From assembly GCA_943355025.1 (NCBI GenBank), contig CALRDW010000015.1, forward strand, positions 1-21,650: a stretch of 21,650 bases of DNA, given 5' to 3'. Below are positions 15,138-21,650 of the stretch, piece by piece. Positions within the stretch are counted from its first letter, which is position 1. Each line of letters starts with the position of its first letter. A program made the translations under genes and the position numbers. The notes beneath the pieces are model-generated. The model had not been told where the DNA came from. It saw only the letters and a program-made list of their open reading frames with translations, and searched no databases. The DNA comes from Candidatus Magasanikiibacteriota bacterium. GTDB taxonomy: Bacteria > Patescibacteriota > Patescibacteriia > Magasanikbacterales > 2-02-FULL-50-9b.

Positions 15138-15177
15138 AAACCGTGATGACTTCAAAGTTACCACGGTTTTTTTATTT
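15138..15177 (+). terminator. Intrinsic terminator after 14285..15106
   Basis: aaaccgtg (15138-15145) / cacggttt (15162-15169) stem with a 16-nt loop, followed by tttttttattt (to 15177). Confidence 0.55.
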
Positions 15178-15180
15178 ATG

Positions 15181-15189
15181 TGATACAAT
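15181..15189 (+). promoter_or_regulatory. Extended -10 promoter of gpmI (TGaTACAAT), leaderless configuration
   Basis: TG 15181-15182 plus TACAAT 15184-15189. The ATG at 15199 is 9 nt downstream. No Shine-Dalgarno. Confidence 0.5.
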
Positions 15190-15198
15190 TGTTGCTGT

Positions 15199-16761
15199 AT
15201 GCCAACACCATTTAAACCAACGGTTCTTATTATCAACGACGGCTGGGGCGTTGCGCCTGACAGCGATGGAAACGCAATCACGCGTGCAAAAACATCAAAC
15301 TTTTCAAAGTGGGTACGGACGTATCCAGCGATGACAATTAAATCTTCAGGAGTTGAAGTCGGATTGTCGTGGGGTGAGATGGGAAATTCTGAAGTTGGGC
15401 ATTTAAATATCGGAGCAGGGCGCGTGTATTATCAAACACTTCCACGCATTGGAAAAGAAATTGGGGATAAAAGTTTTTATCAAAACGCAACACTTTTGAA
15501 AGCTGCGGAGTACGCGAAAAAAAATAACAGCAAGCTACATTTATTCGGAATTGTTTCTGCAGGAAATGTTCACGGATCAGACGAACATTTATTTGCACTT
15601 CTTGGATTTTGTAAAACACAAGGATTGAATAATGTTTTTGTTCATGCAATTCTTGATGGGCGTGACTCGAAATTTGATTCTGGCAAAATGTTTATTGAAC
15701 GCACGATTGCGAAAATGAAACAGTTGGGTGTTGGGAAAATCGCAACGCTTGGCGGACGATTTTATGCGATGGATCGAGATAATCGGTGGGATCGAGTTGA
15801 AAAAATGTATCGCGTTATGACGGAGGGCGGAGTGTCGGCTGGTGAACCGCTTGCTGTAATTCAAAAATCATACGACGCAAAAGTTTTTGACGAAGAATTT
15901 ATTCCAGTGGTCATAGATCCAGCAGGCAAAATAGAAAAAAATGATGCGGTGATATTTTTTAATTTTCGACCAGACCGCGCACGTGAAATTGCGAAAGCAT
16001 TTGTATCTCCGGATTTTGATAAATTTCCGCGCGAAAAAATTGATCCGCTTTTTTTTGTAACCATGACCGAATACGAGAAGGGTTTGCAAACGGAGGTGTG
16101 TTATCCGCCAGAGGTGATACAGATGACGCTTGCTGAGACGCTGTCCAAAGCCGGCAAGACGCAATTTCATATTGCGGAAACAGAAAAGTACGCGCATGTG
16201 ACATTTTTTTTGAACGGGACGATTGAAGAGGCGTGGCCTGACGAAGACCGTGCGATTATTCCATCGCCGAAAGTTGCGTCATATGCAGAGGCTCCAGAAA
16301 TGTCGGCACTCGATGTTGCAAAAGCGGTTGTCAAAGCTGTTGAGTCGGATAAATACGATTTTATTGTGATCAATTTTGCAAATGCGGATATGGTTGGTCA
16401 CACAGGGGACGTGGCGGCGACAGTAAAGGGCGTAGAGGCGGTTGATAAAGCAATGGGAATGGTTGTGGCGATAACGCTCGCGAAAAATGGCGCGATATTT
16501 ATTACTGCGGACCACGGTAATGGCGAAGAGGTTTTAAATTTGCGTACAGGCGAAAAAGATAAGGAGCATTCGACGAATGCAATCCCATTTTTGTGCATTA
16601 GCAAAGACTGGGAAGGCCAGACTGGTCCCGCAGGAGAGGTTCCAGACGGGGATTTGACGCTCGTGCAACCTGTTGGCATGCTTGCGGATGTTGCGCCAAC
16701 GATTTTGAAAGCAATGGGGGTTGAGCAGCCGAAGGTTATGACGGGGAGACCGTTGATTTGA
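15199..16761 (+). CDS. gpmI: 2,3-bisphosphoglycerate-independent phosphoglycerate mutase (iPGM)
   Basis: 520 aa. N-terminal VLIINDGWG, GNAI and GEMGNSEVGHLNIGAGRVYYQ (Mn-binding iPGM signature). C-terminal ITADHGN with a second metal site. Confidence 0.93.
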   Translation: MPTPFKPTVLIINDGWGVAPDSDGNAITRAKTSNFSKWVRTYPAMTIKSSGVEVGLSWGEMGNSEVGHLNIGAGRVYYQTLPRIGKEIGDKSFYQNATLLKAAEYAKKNNSKLHLFGIVSAGNVHGSDEHLFALLGFCKTQGLNNVFVHAILDGRDSKFDSGKMFIERTIAKMKQLGVGKIATLGGRFYAMDRDNRWDRVEKMYRVMTEGGVSAGEPLAVIQKSYDAKVFDEEFIPVVIDPAGKIEKNDAVIFFNFRPDRAREIAKAFVSPDFDKFPREKIDPLFFVTMTEYEKGLQTEVCYPPEVIQMTLAETLSKAGKTQFHIAETEKYAHVTFFLNGTIEEAWPDEDRAIIPSPKVASYAEAPEMSALDVAKAVVKAVESDKYDFIVINFANADMVGHTGDVAATVKGVEAVDKAMGMVVAITLAKNGAIFITADHGNGEEVLNLRTGEKDKEHSTNAIPFLCISKDWEGQTGPAGEVPDGDLTLVQPVGMLADVAPTILKAMGVEQPKVMTGRPLI

Positions 16762-16831
16762 TTTTCAACAGGATTCGGAAGTTTATAAGTAGTACAATAC
16801 AGTGATTCAACTTAGACTCAAAAGTAAAAAC
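16762..16831 (+). repeat. Copy A of a ~70-bp intergenic direct repeat that starts immediately after the gpmI stop codon
   Basis: ttttcaacaggattcggaagtttataagtagtacaatacagtgattcaacttagactcaaaagtaaaaac is ~93% identical (about 5 mismatches in 70) to 21577..21647. Both copies begin 1 nt after a stop codon (TGA here, TAA there). Confidence 0.7.
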
Positions 16832-16894
16832 CAATACTTCTCAGGGAGAGATAAACAGGAACTCCCGTCGAAGTAATAGTTTTTACTTTTGAGT
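16816..16894. other. Long composite hairpin overlapping the 3' end of repeat copy A; candidate structured RNA or recombination site
   Basis: Outer 16-bp stem actcaaaagtaaaaac (16816-16831) / gtttttacttttgagt (16879-16894). Nested tacttc (16835-16840) / gaagta (16870-16875) and gggag (16844-16848) / ctccc (16862-16866). About 27 bp of pairing in total. No T-run follows. Confidence 0.55.
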
Positions 16895-17106
16895 ATACGT
16901 TCATTCAAGTGTTATACTGCTCCCATGCTTCCTAATCCTTTTCAAAAACCTCTCACAGAGTTTAAAGACACAGATCCTCTTAATTGACGTCCAATTCGCG
17001 AAATGGGATCGAAATGGCCAGCACGCACACTTGAATGCATATAGGCCGCGGAGTTAAATTCGGAATATTGGAGTTGGGGTAGGCAAAGTACGTCGAGGTT
17101 TGTTTT

Positions 17107-17135
17107 TTGTCCCCGCGGTGCAGCTTTGCTATACT
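17107..17135 (+). promoter_or_regulatory. Promoter of the pap2-manC-mltG-queA operon (TTGTCC-17-TGcTATACT), near-leaderless
   Basis: -35 TTGTCC 17107-17112; TG 17127-17128; TATACT 17130-17135. The ATG at 17146 is 10 nt downstream. No Shine-Dalgarno. Confidence 0.5.
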
Positions 17136-17145
17136 GCAAACCACT

Positions 17146-17658
17146 ATGTTCGAAACACTTAAAGTTATTGATTTTGCGATTTTTGAAAAAATTCATGCTG
17201 CCGTGGTGCGCAGCACTTTTGCTACAACATTCGCTTGGGCCTTTCATTACGCGGCAGTTGGTGTATTTGTTGTCGCCTGTTTAGCGTATTTATATAGTCA
17301 TCGTGCCGAACGGAAGCATGTTTACGTCATTGTCGCCTCGGCACCTCTCGCGTATCTGCTCAGTCGTTTGATCGGCTTCATCCATTTTCGGCCGCGCCCA
17401 TTCGTTACCTTGAATTTTGTTCCGCTCGTCAACGAATCGCCACTTTCAAAATCATTTCCGTCGAGCCACACGATTGTTGCGTTTGCAGTTGCCTCGGCAA
17501 TTTACAGTTACAATAAAAAATGGGGCCTCATCGCGCTCGTGCTTGCTGCGTGTATCGGTATTGGCCGCGTGCTTGTTGGCGTGCACTATCCATCCGACGT
17601 GCTTGCCGGCGCGGTGCTCGGCGTGCTAGTATCATGGCTCGTAAAACGATTCGTATGA
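17146..17658 (+). CDS. PAP2-family phosphatase (undecaprenyl-diphosphate / lipid phosphatase type), 170 aa
   Basis: All three PAP2 motifs are present: K-x6-RP (HFRPRPF), PSGH (FPSSHT), SR-x5-H-x3-D (GRVLVGVHYPSDV). Multi-TM. The ATG at 17146 fits the promoter. The ORF-track TTG at 17107 is the -35. Confidence 0.8.
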   Translation: MFETLKVIDFAIFEKIHAAVVRSTFATTFAWAFHYAAVGVFVVACLAYLYSHRAERKHVYVIVASAPLAYLLSRLIGFIHFRPRPFVTLNFVPLVNESPLSKSFPSSHTIVAFAVASAIYSYNKKWGLIALVLAACIGIGRVLVGVHYPSDVLAGAVLGVLVSWLVKRFV

Positions 17659-18719
17659 CACCGACAGTAATCGTAATTCGCGCGGGCGGCAGCGGTTCTC
17701 GTTTATGGCCGCTTTCGACCGCTGACATGCCGAAACAATTTATTCCCGTTTTGTCTGAGCAATCTCTTTTGCAAGAAACGTTTGAACGCGTTCGAGAATT
17801 TGGTGCGGATAACATTTTTGTTACAACAAACGTGCGTTATGTTGGTCTTGTTGCCGAACAAATTCCGGAACTTGCTCTGTCGCATATTATTGCTGAACCG
17901 CTCAAGCGAAATACGGGGCCGGGGATTGCGTTTGAAACGGCGATGCTTCGCGAATTTTTTCCGGAGGCTGATCCGATTATTGCGAGCATTCCATCGGACG
18001 ACCATGTTGCACATCCAAGAATGTTCGTTGATTCTGTTCGGCAAATTGCCGCGCATTTACGTTTGCACCCAGAACACATTGTCATGCCTGTGATCGCTCC
18101 TGAGGCGATTGATCCTGGGTTTAGTTATGTGCGTGCGGTTGGTGAAACGGCGGACGCAGAATTTGGTGAAATTACGGATTGGGTTGAAAAACCAGACATT
18201 GAAACGTGCGGGGCAATGCTCGAAAGCGGTGAGTGGTTTGCGCACACAGGCATGTATTTTTGGCAATTATCAACCGTGTCGCGCGCGTTTGAGGAGATTG
18301 CACCAGACGTGTGGCGCATCGCGCAGAATGTTGCAGAGGCCGTAGTGCAACAGGATAGCGCTGCTGCGGCCGCGTGTGCTGCAGAATTTCCAATCATTTC
18401 GATTGAGTCGCTTCTTACAAAACAATTTTCAAACAAGGCAAGTTACCAGGCGGGTGCGTGGGGATGGTCAGATGTGGGAAAATGGCTCGTTGTAAAGTCA
18501 TTGCTTGCTGCGGATGCGGATTCGAACGCTGCGTCCTGCGACGCTGTAAAGTTTGTTAATTCGCAAAATAATTTAGTGTACAGCGCAAAGCAAAAACCTG
18601 TCGTGTGTGTTGGTGTTGAAAATTTAGTAATTGTGGAGACCGCGAAACATTTGCTTGTGTGTCACGCGAGTGAATCTCATCGCATCGGTGCAATTTTAGA
18701 AGATTTAGGAACGGTATGA
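17655..18719 (+). CDS. Mannose-1-phosphate guanylyltransferase-like sugar-phosphate nucleotidyltransferase (354 aa, no C-terminal cupin domain)
   Basis: The N-terminus MTPTVIVIRAGGSGSRLWPLS is the ManC/CpsB-type NTP-transferase G-loop. Its ATG 17655-17657 overlaps the pap2 TGA 17656-17658 (ATGA coupling). The ORF-track start at 17520 would read through pap2 in another frame. Confidence 0.85.
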   Translation: MTPTVIVIRAGGSGSRLWPLSTADMPKQFIPVLSEQSLLQETFERVREFGADNIFVTTNVRYVGLVAEQIPELALSHIIAEPLKRNTGPGIAFETAMLREFFPEADPIIASIPSDDHVAHPRMFVDSVRQIAAHLRLHPEHIVMPVIAPEAIDPGFSYVRAVGETADAEFGEITDWVEKPDIETCGAMLESGEWFAHTGMYFWQLSTVSRAFEEIAPDVWRIAQNVAEAVVQQDSAAAAACAAEFPIISIESLLTKQFSNKASYQAGAWGWSDVGKWLVVKSLLAADADSNAASCDAVKFVNSQNNLVYSAKQKPVVCVGVENLVIVETAKHLLVCHASESHRIGAILEDLGTV

Positions 18720-19711
18720 AACGGTTTTTGCGTTACGCCTTAATTTTGATTCTGCTCTGCGGAATTTTAGCATGGTGGGGGAGCAAAACAAATTCTGGCA
18801 CGATTCAAATTGCAGCGGGTGATACAGTTAGTGCTGTTGGAAATAAGCTTGAACGCGCGAAAATAATAAAGTCCGTATTTATTTTTCGCGTCGCGTATAA
18901 AGTTTTTGGCGGCAGTGCGCATGTATATCCTGGTGCGATTGATATTCGCGGTACTTGTTCATTGCGCTGCGTCATTCACGAAGTGACGTCGCCCGACGCG
19001 CGACTCGTTCGCATTACGTTTAAAGAAGGTGAGGACCTTCGTGATTTAGCTCGGCTACTTACAGAAAAAATACCAGCGCACGTAAGCGAGTTTACAAAGC
19101 TAGTCGGTGTGCCTGCGCATATCCCAACGACGCACGCAGATTATGCGAATGATTTTATTTTTTTAAAAGACGTTCCAAAAAATATTAGCATTGAAGGGTA
19201 TTTATTTCCCGATTCATATGACGTTGCGCCAACTGCGGGTGTGGATCAACTTGTTCGCGTCATGCTAAGAAATTTTGACCGCAAATTTACGCTTGATATG
19301 CGTAATCGAGCAGCAGCGCAGCATCATTCAATTCATGAAATTGTAACCATGGCGAGTATTTTGGAAAAAGAAGTGCGTGGAACAGAGGACAGAAGACTTG
19401 TTGCTGATTTACTGTGGCGACGCATTGGCAAAGGGATCGGATTGCAGGTTGATTCATCAGTAAATTATGCAAGCGGAAACGAAAATAGATTTACGAGCGC
19501 TGTGGATCGCGCACAAGCATCGCTGTGGAATACTTATAAGTATAAAGACTTGCCTGTTGGACCAATTGGAAATCCTGGAAGCGATGCGCTTGAGTCAGCC
19601 CTGAATCCGGCGCCGAATGACAACTGGTTTTATCTCACGTCGCCCGATGGTGCGGTGCATTACGCGCGTACGCTTGAGGGGCACATCGTGAATAAAAAAT
19701 ATTTGAAATGA
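18716..19711 (+). CDS. mltG: Endolytic murein transglycosylase MltG (YceG family)
   Basis: N-terminal TM anchor. YceG motifs ILEKEV, LQVDSSVNYA and NTYKYKDLPVGPIGNPGSDALESALNP. ATGA overlap with the upstream gene (ATG 18716, TGA 18717-18719). Confidence 0.88.
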   Translation: MKRFLRYALILILLCGILAWWGSKTNSGTIQIAAGDTVSAVGNKLERAKIIKSVFIFRVAYKVFGGSAHVYPGAIDIRGTCSLRCVIHEVTSPDARLVRITFKEGEDLRDLARLLTEKIPAHVSEFTKLVGVPAHIPTTHADYANDFIFLKDVPKNISIEGYLFPDSYDVAPTAGVDQLVRVMLRNFDRKFTLDMRNRAAAQHHSIHEIVTMASILEKEVRGTEDRRLVADLLWRRIGKGIGLQVDSSVNYASGNENRFTSAVDRAQASLWNTYKYKDLPVGPIGNPGSDALESALNPAPNDNWFYLTSPDGAVHYARTLEGHIVNKKYLK

Positions 19712-20766
19712 AAACGAGCGATCTCGATTACGAACTTCCAGAAGGGCAGATCGCACAGCATTCGGCGCACCCACGCGACAGCTCGCGATTATTTGTATTT
19801 GATACTGCATCAGGCAGTGAATCGCATTTTCAATTTCGAGACTGCATAAAATTATTCCGCCGTGGAGATTTATTAGTCTTCAATAATTCAAAAGTTTTTC
19901 GTGCGCGGCTCGTAGCGACAGACGACCGCGGCGGAGAAGTAGAGATTTTTTTTCTGCGGCCATCACTCGGCGGTTGGGAATGTTTAGGAAAGCCTGGGAA
20001 ACGCCTTGGTGTCGGCTCGCACATTAATTTTACAAAAACTGTTACCGGTCGTGTTACTCAGCGATTTGAAAACGGAAGATTTATTTTATGTGTTTCGCGT
20101 GCTGGAAAAACTTTGACAGATAAACAAGTGCTGGCGTTTGCAAATAAACATGGCGAAATTCCGATTCCGCCGTATGTTGGCGAAAAACCAAAGCGCTTTT
20201 CAGATTATCAAACCGTGTATGCAAAACTAACAGGGTCTGTTGCCGCTCCAACTGCAGGATTTCATTTTACAACGCGACTGCTCCGCGCTTTGAGGGCCAA
20301 AGGTGTGCGTACGGCCGAAGTTACGCTACATGTTGGTATCGGAACGTTCCAACCGATTAAAGTCGATACCATTGAGGAGCACGAAATGCATCATGAGTGG
20401 GTAGAAATTTCGGGTGCTGCCGCGCGAGCAATCACGAGCGCAAAAAAAAATGGCCGCCGTGTTATTGCTGTTGGTACAACGACGGTGCGTGCGGTCGAAT
20501 CATGGGCAGCTTCTGGCGCCGATGCTCACACAGCATGGAGCTCGGACGTAAATTTATTTTTAACGCCGGGGAAAAAATTTAAAATTATAGATGCGCTCAT
20601 TACAAATTTTCATCTCCCGCGATCAACATTGTTGCTCTTGGTTTCTGCATTCATCGCGCAAAAAACAGGGGGCGATGGACTTGCTACTTTAAAAAAAATG
20701 TACGCAGAGGCAATTGCACGAGGCTACCGATTTTATAGTTTTGGGGATGCGCTGTTGATAACCTAG
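19708..20766 (+). CDS. queA: S-adenosylmethionine:tRNA ribosyltransferase-isomerase
   Basis: 352 aa with QueA hallmarks: DLDYELPEGQIAQHSAHPRDSSRLFV, IPPYV, AAPTAGFHFT, VTLHVGIGTF, AVGTTTVRA. ATGA overlap with mltG (ATG 19708, TGA 19709-19711). Confidence 0.93.
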   Translation: MKTSDLDYELPEGQIAQHSAHPRDSSRLFVFDTASGSESHFQFRDCIKLFRRGDLLVFNNSKVFRARLVATDDRGGEVEIFFLRPSLGGWECLGKPGKRLGVGSHINFTKTVTGRVTQRFENGRFILCVSRAGKTLTDKQVLAFANKHGEIPIPPYVGEKPKRFSDYQTVYAKLTGSVAAPTAGFHFTTRLLRALRAKGVRTAEVTLHVGIGTFQPIKVDTIEEHEMHHEWVEISGAAARAITSAKKNGRRVIAVGTTTVRAVESWAASGADAHTAWSSDVNLFLTPGKKFKIIDALITNFHLPRSTLLLLVSAFIAQKTGGDGLATLKKMYAEAIARGYRFYSFGDALLIT

Positions 20767-20787
20767 TCGTGTACTTTGCAGAATGTT

Positions 20788-20796
20788 TGTTATACT
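20788..20796 (+). promoter_or_regulatory. Extended -10 element TGtTATACT upstream of the last gene
   Basis: The 9-mer tgttatact is identical to that at 16910-16918. The ATG at 20815 is 18 nt downstream. No Shine-Dalgarno. Confidence 0.45.
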
Positions 20797-20814
20797 GTAG
20801 ACAATTGTTCCTTT

Positions 20815-21576
20815 ATGAAAAATCCTGCCAAACTTACGCTTTTTATCAGTTTGTTTACAATTGTTTTTTTTGATCTACGTGCTCTTGGTTCTGGCATGCT
20901 GTACGATGTAGAATCGTTAATTGAAAATCTTGGCGGCGTTACCTATTTGTATTCAACAATTGGAACTATTTTTGCAATTTTTGGTGCGTTTACTATTTTA
21001 TCAGAGTGGGAACGATGGAAGGCGCTTGTGTCAGCTGTTAAAGATGAAGTGAGGTCGCTTCAAGAGCTGTGGCTGTGGTCAAAGCATTTTCCGTTATCAG
21101 TTCGAAAGAGATTCCGCCAGCTTCTCAAAGCGTATGTTTTGAGTGTACAGAGTAAGGGCTGGATGCTGCTTGAAAAAGGACAGCGACATAAGTCAGTTGA
21201 TGATATTTTGTCGCAGATGCACGATGAAATTTTTTTACTTGCGAAGGACAAAACTCATTTGCTCGATACATCATTTTCGCTTTTTACAGAGCTCTTAAAA
21301 TATCGAAACGAACGATTGAATTTGAGCGCCGCAAATATGCCTGCGATTTTACGCAACGTATTTATTTTGTCGGATGCTTTGCTCATAGGCCTCTCACTTT
21401 TTATCGGTGTGCGTAGCATTTCTCTCGCATATATTTTTACACTTGCGGTTGCAGTGCTCGGCTATTCAATTTATTTGCTCATAGATGACCTCGATCATCC
21501 TCTTCAGGCGGGTGGGTGGCATTTGACGACGAAAGATTACGAGGAGTTGTCGAGGACGTTCGAAGAGGAATCGTAA
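20815..21576 (+). CDS. Hypothetical integral membrane protein (TM, ~110-aa helical soluble region, two C-terminal TM helices), 253 aa
   Basis: The ATG at 20815 follows the extended -10. The ORF-track TTG at 20776 precedes it. Hydrophobic helices LTLFISLFTIVFF, IGTIFAIFGAFTIL, ILSDALLIGLSLFIGV and LAYIFTLAVAVLGYSIYLLI. No family recognised. Confidence 0.6.
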   Translation: MKNPAKLTLFISLFTIVFFDLRALGSGMLYDVESLIENLGGVTYLYSTIGTIFAIFGAFTILSEWERWKALVSAVKDEVRSLQELWLWSKHFPLSVRKRFRQLLKAYVLSVQSKGWMLLEKGQRHKSVDDILSQMHDEIFLLAKDKTHLLDTSFSLFTELLKYRNERLNLSAANMPAILRNVFILSDALLIGLSLFIGVRSISLAYIFTLAVAVLGYSIYLLIDDLDHPLQAGGWHLTTKDYEELSRTFEEES

Positions 21577-21647
21577 TTTTTCAACAGAATTCGGAAGTTT
21601 ATAAGTAATACAATACAGCGATTCAACATATACTCAAAAGTAAAAAC
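21577..21647 (+). repeat. Copy B of the ~70-bp direct repeat, starting right after the stop codon of 20815..21576. It ends at or just before the window end (21650); the last three bases diverge from copy A
   Basis: tttttcaacagaattcggaagtttataagtaatacaatacagcgattcaacatatactcaaaagtaaaaac aligns base-for-base with 16762..16831. The partner arm of the hairpin seen in copy A would lie beyond the window. Confidence 0.7.
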
Positions 21648-21650
21648 TAT

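Noticed and set aside
16762-17106. Search for a tRNA, tmRNA, SRP RNA, 6S or RNase P RNA in the 345-bp non-coding stretch
   Set aside because: No GTTCRA T-loop or acceptor-stem pattern was seen. The cggaag in the repeat is too short to call the SRP domain IV motif. No RNase P or tmRNA conserved blocks recognised.
16942-17247. 101-aa minus-strand ORF across the spacer and the pap2 promoter and start
   Set aside because: It runs antisense through a promoter and the 5' end of a motif-supported gene. No signals.
17520-17654. Upstream extension of the ManC-like ORF overlapping pap2
   Set aside because: The Arg/Cys-rich translation is an out-of-frame read of the pap2 C-terminus. The canonical G-loop start MTPTVIVIRAGGSG at 17655 forms an ATGA overlap with the pap2 stop.
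16762-21647. The two 70-bp repeats as ends of a transposon or integrated element carrying pap2-manC-mltG-queA
   Set aside because: The copies are direct, not inverted. No transposase, integrase or target-site duplication is visible. The cargo is core housekeeping. Retained only as a possible recombination substrate in the repeat finding.
1-21650. CRISPR arrays, toxin-antitoxin pairs, restriction-modification or other known defence modules
   Set aside because: No short direct-repeat/spacer arrays and no small adjacent gene pairs with TA-like features. All sizeable ORFs are accounted for by housekeeping, envelope or the flotillin-locus proteins.

Overview
This is a bacterial chromosomal segment with two compositionally distinct parts. 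No organism can be assigned from sequence alone; the short Tsf, leaderless promoters and missing tpiA/pyrH-frr suggest, as speculation only, a small-genome uncultivated lineage. No rRNA, tRNA, CRISPR array, transposase or integrase was found. Part i (1 to ~6.6 kb, roughly 58% GC) has five genes, all on the minus strand, each transcription unit with its own intrinsic terminator. They are: a divergent beta-carbonic-anhydrase-like protein (343..1347); an NfeD-like membrane protein with a His/Asp-rich loop (3553..4281) followed by a 639-aa flotillin/SPFH protein (1552..3471), arranged like yqiJ-yqiK; a second, more divergent paralog of the beta-CA-like protein (4450..5517); and a secreted TPR-like protein (5735..6580). 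Part ii (~6.7 to 21.6 kb, mostly 43-48% GC) is plus-strand housekeeping. It holds rpsB-tsf, gap-pgk, eno and gpmI interleaved with small envelope or hypothetical proteins (a SIMPL/DUF541 protein, an acidic membrane-anchored protein, two membrane proteins), then an ATGA-coupled pap2-manC-like-mltG-queA operon. Non-coding signals: a ~70-bp direct repeat (about 93% identical) begins exactly at the stop codons of gpmI and of the last gene, and the first copy runs into a long composite hairpin. Extended -10 promoters (TGnTATAAT, TGnTACAAT, TGnTATACT) recur 6-18 nt upstream of start codons with no Shine-Dalgarno, implying leaderless translation. A cluster of DnaA-box 9-mers overlaps the gap promoter. 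The best candidate for something undescribed is the pair of CxDGR...H...C metal-site proteins bracketing the NfeD-flotillin module.
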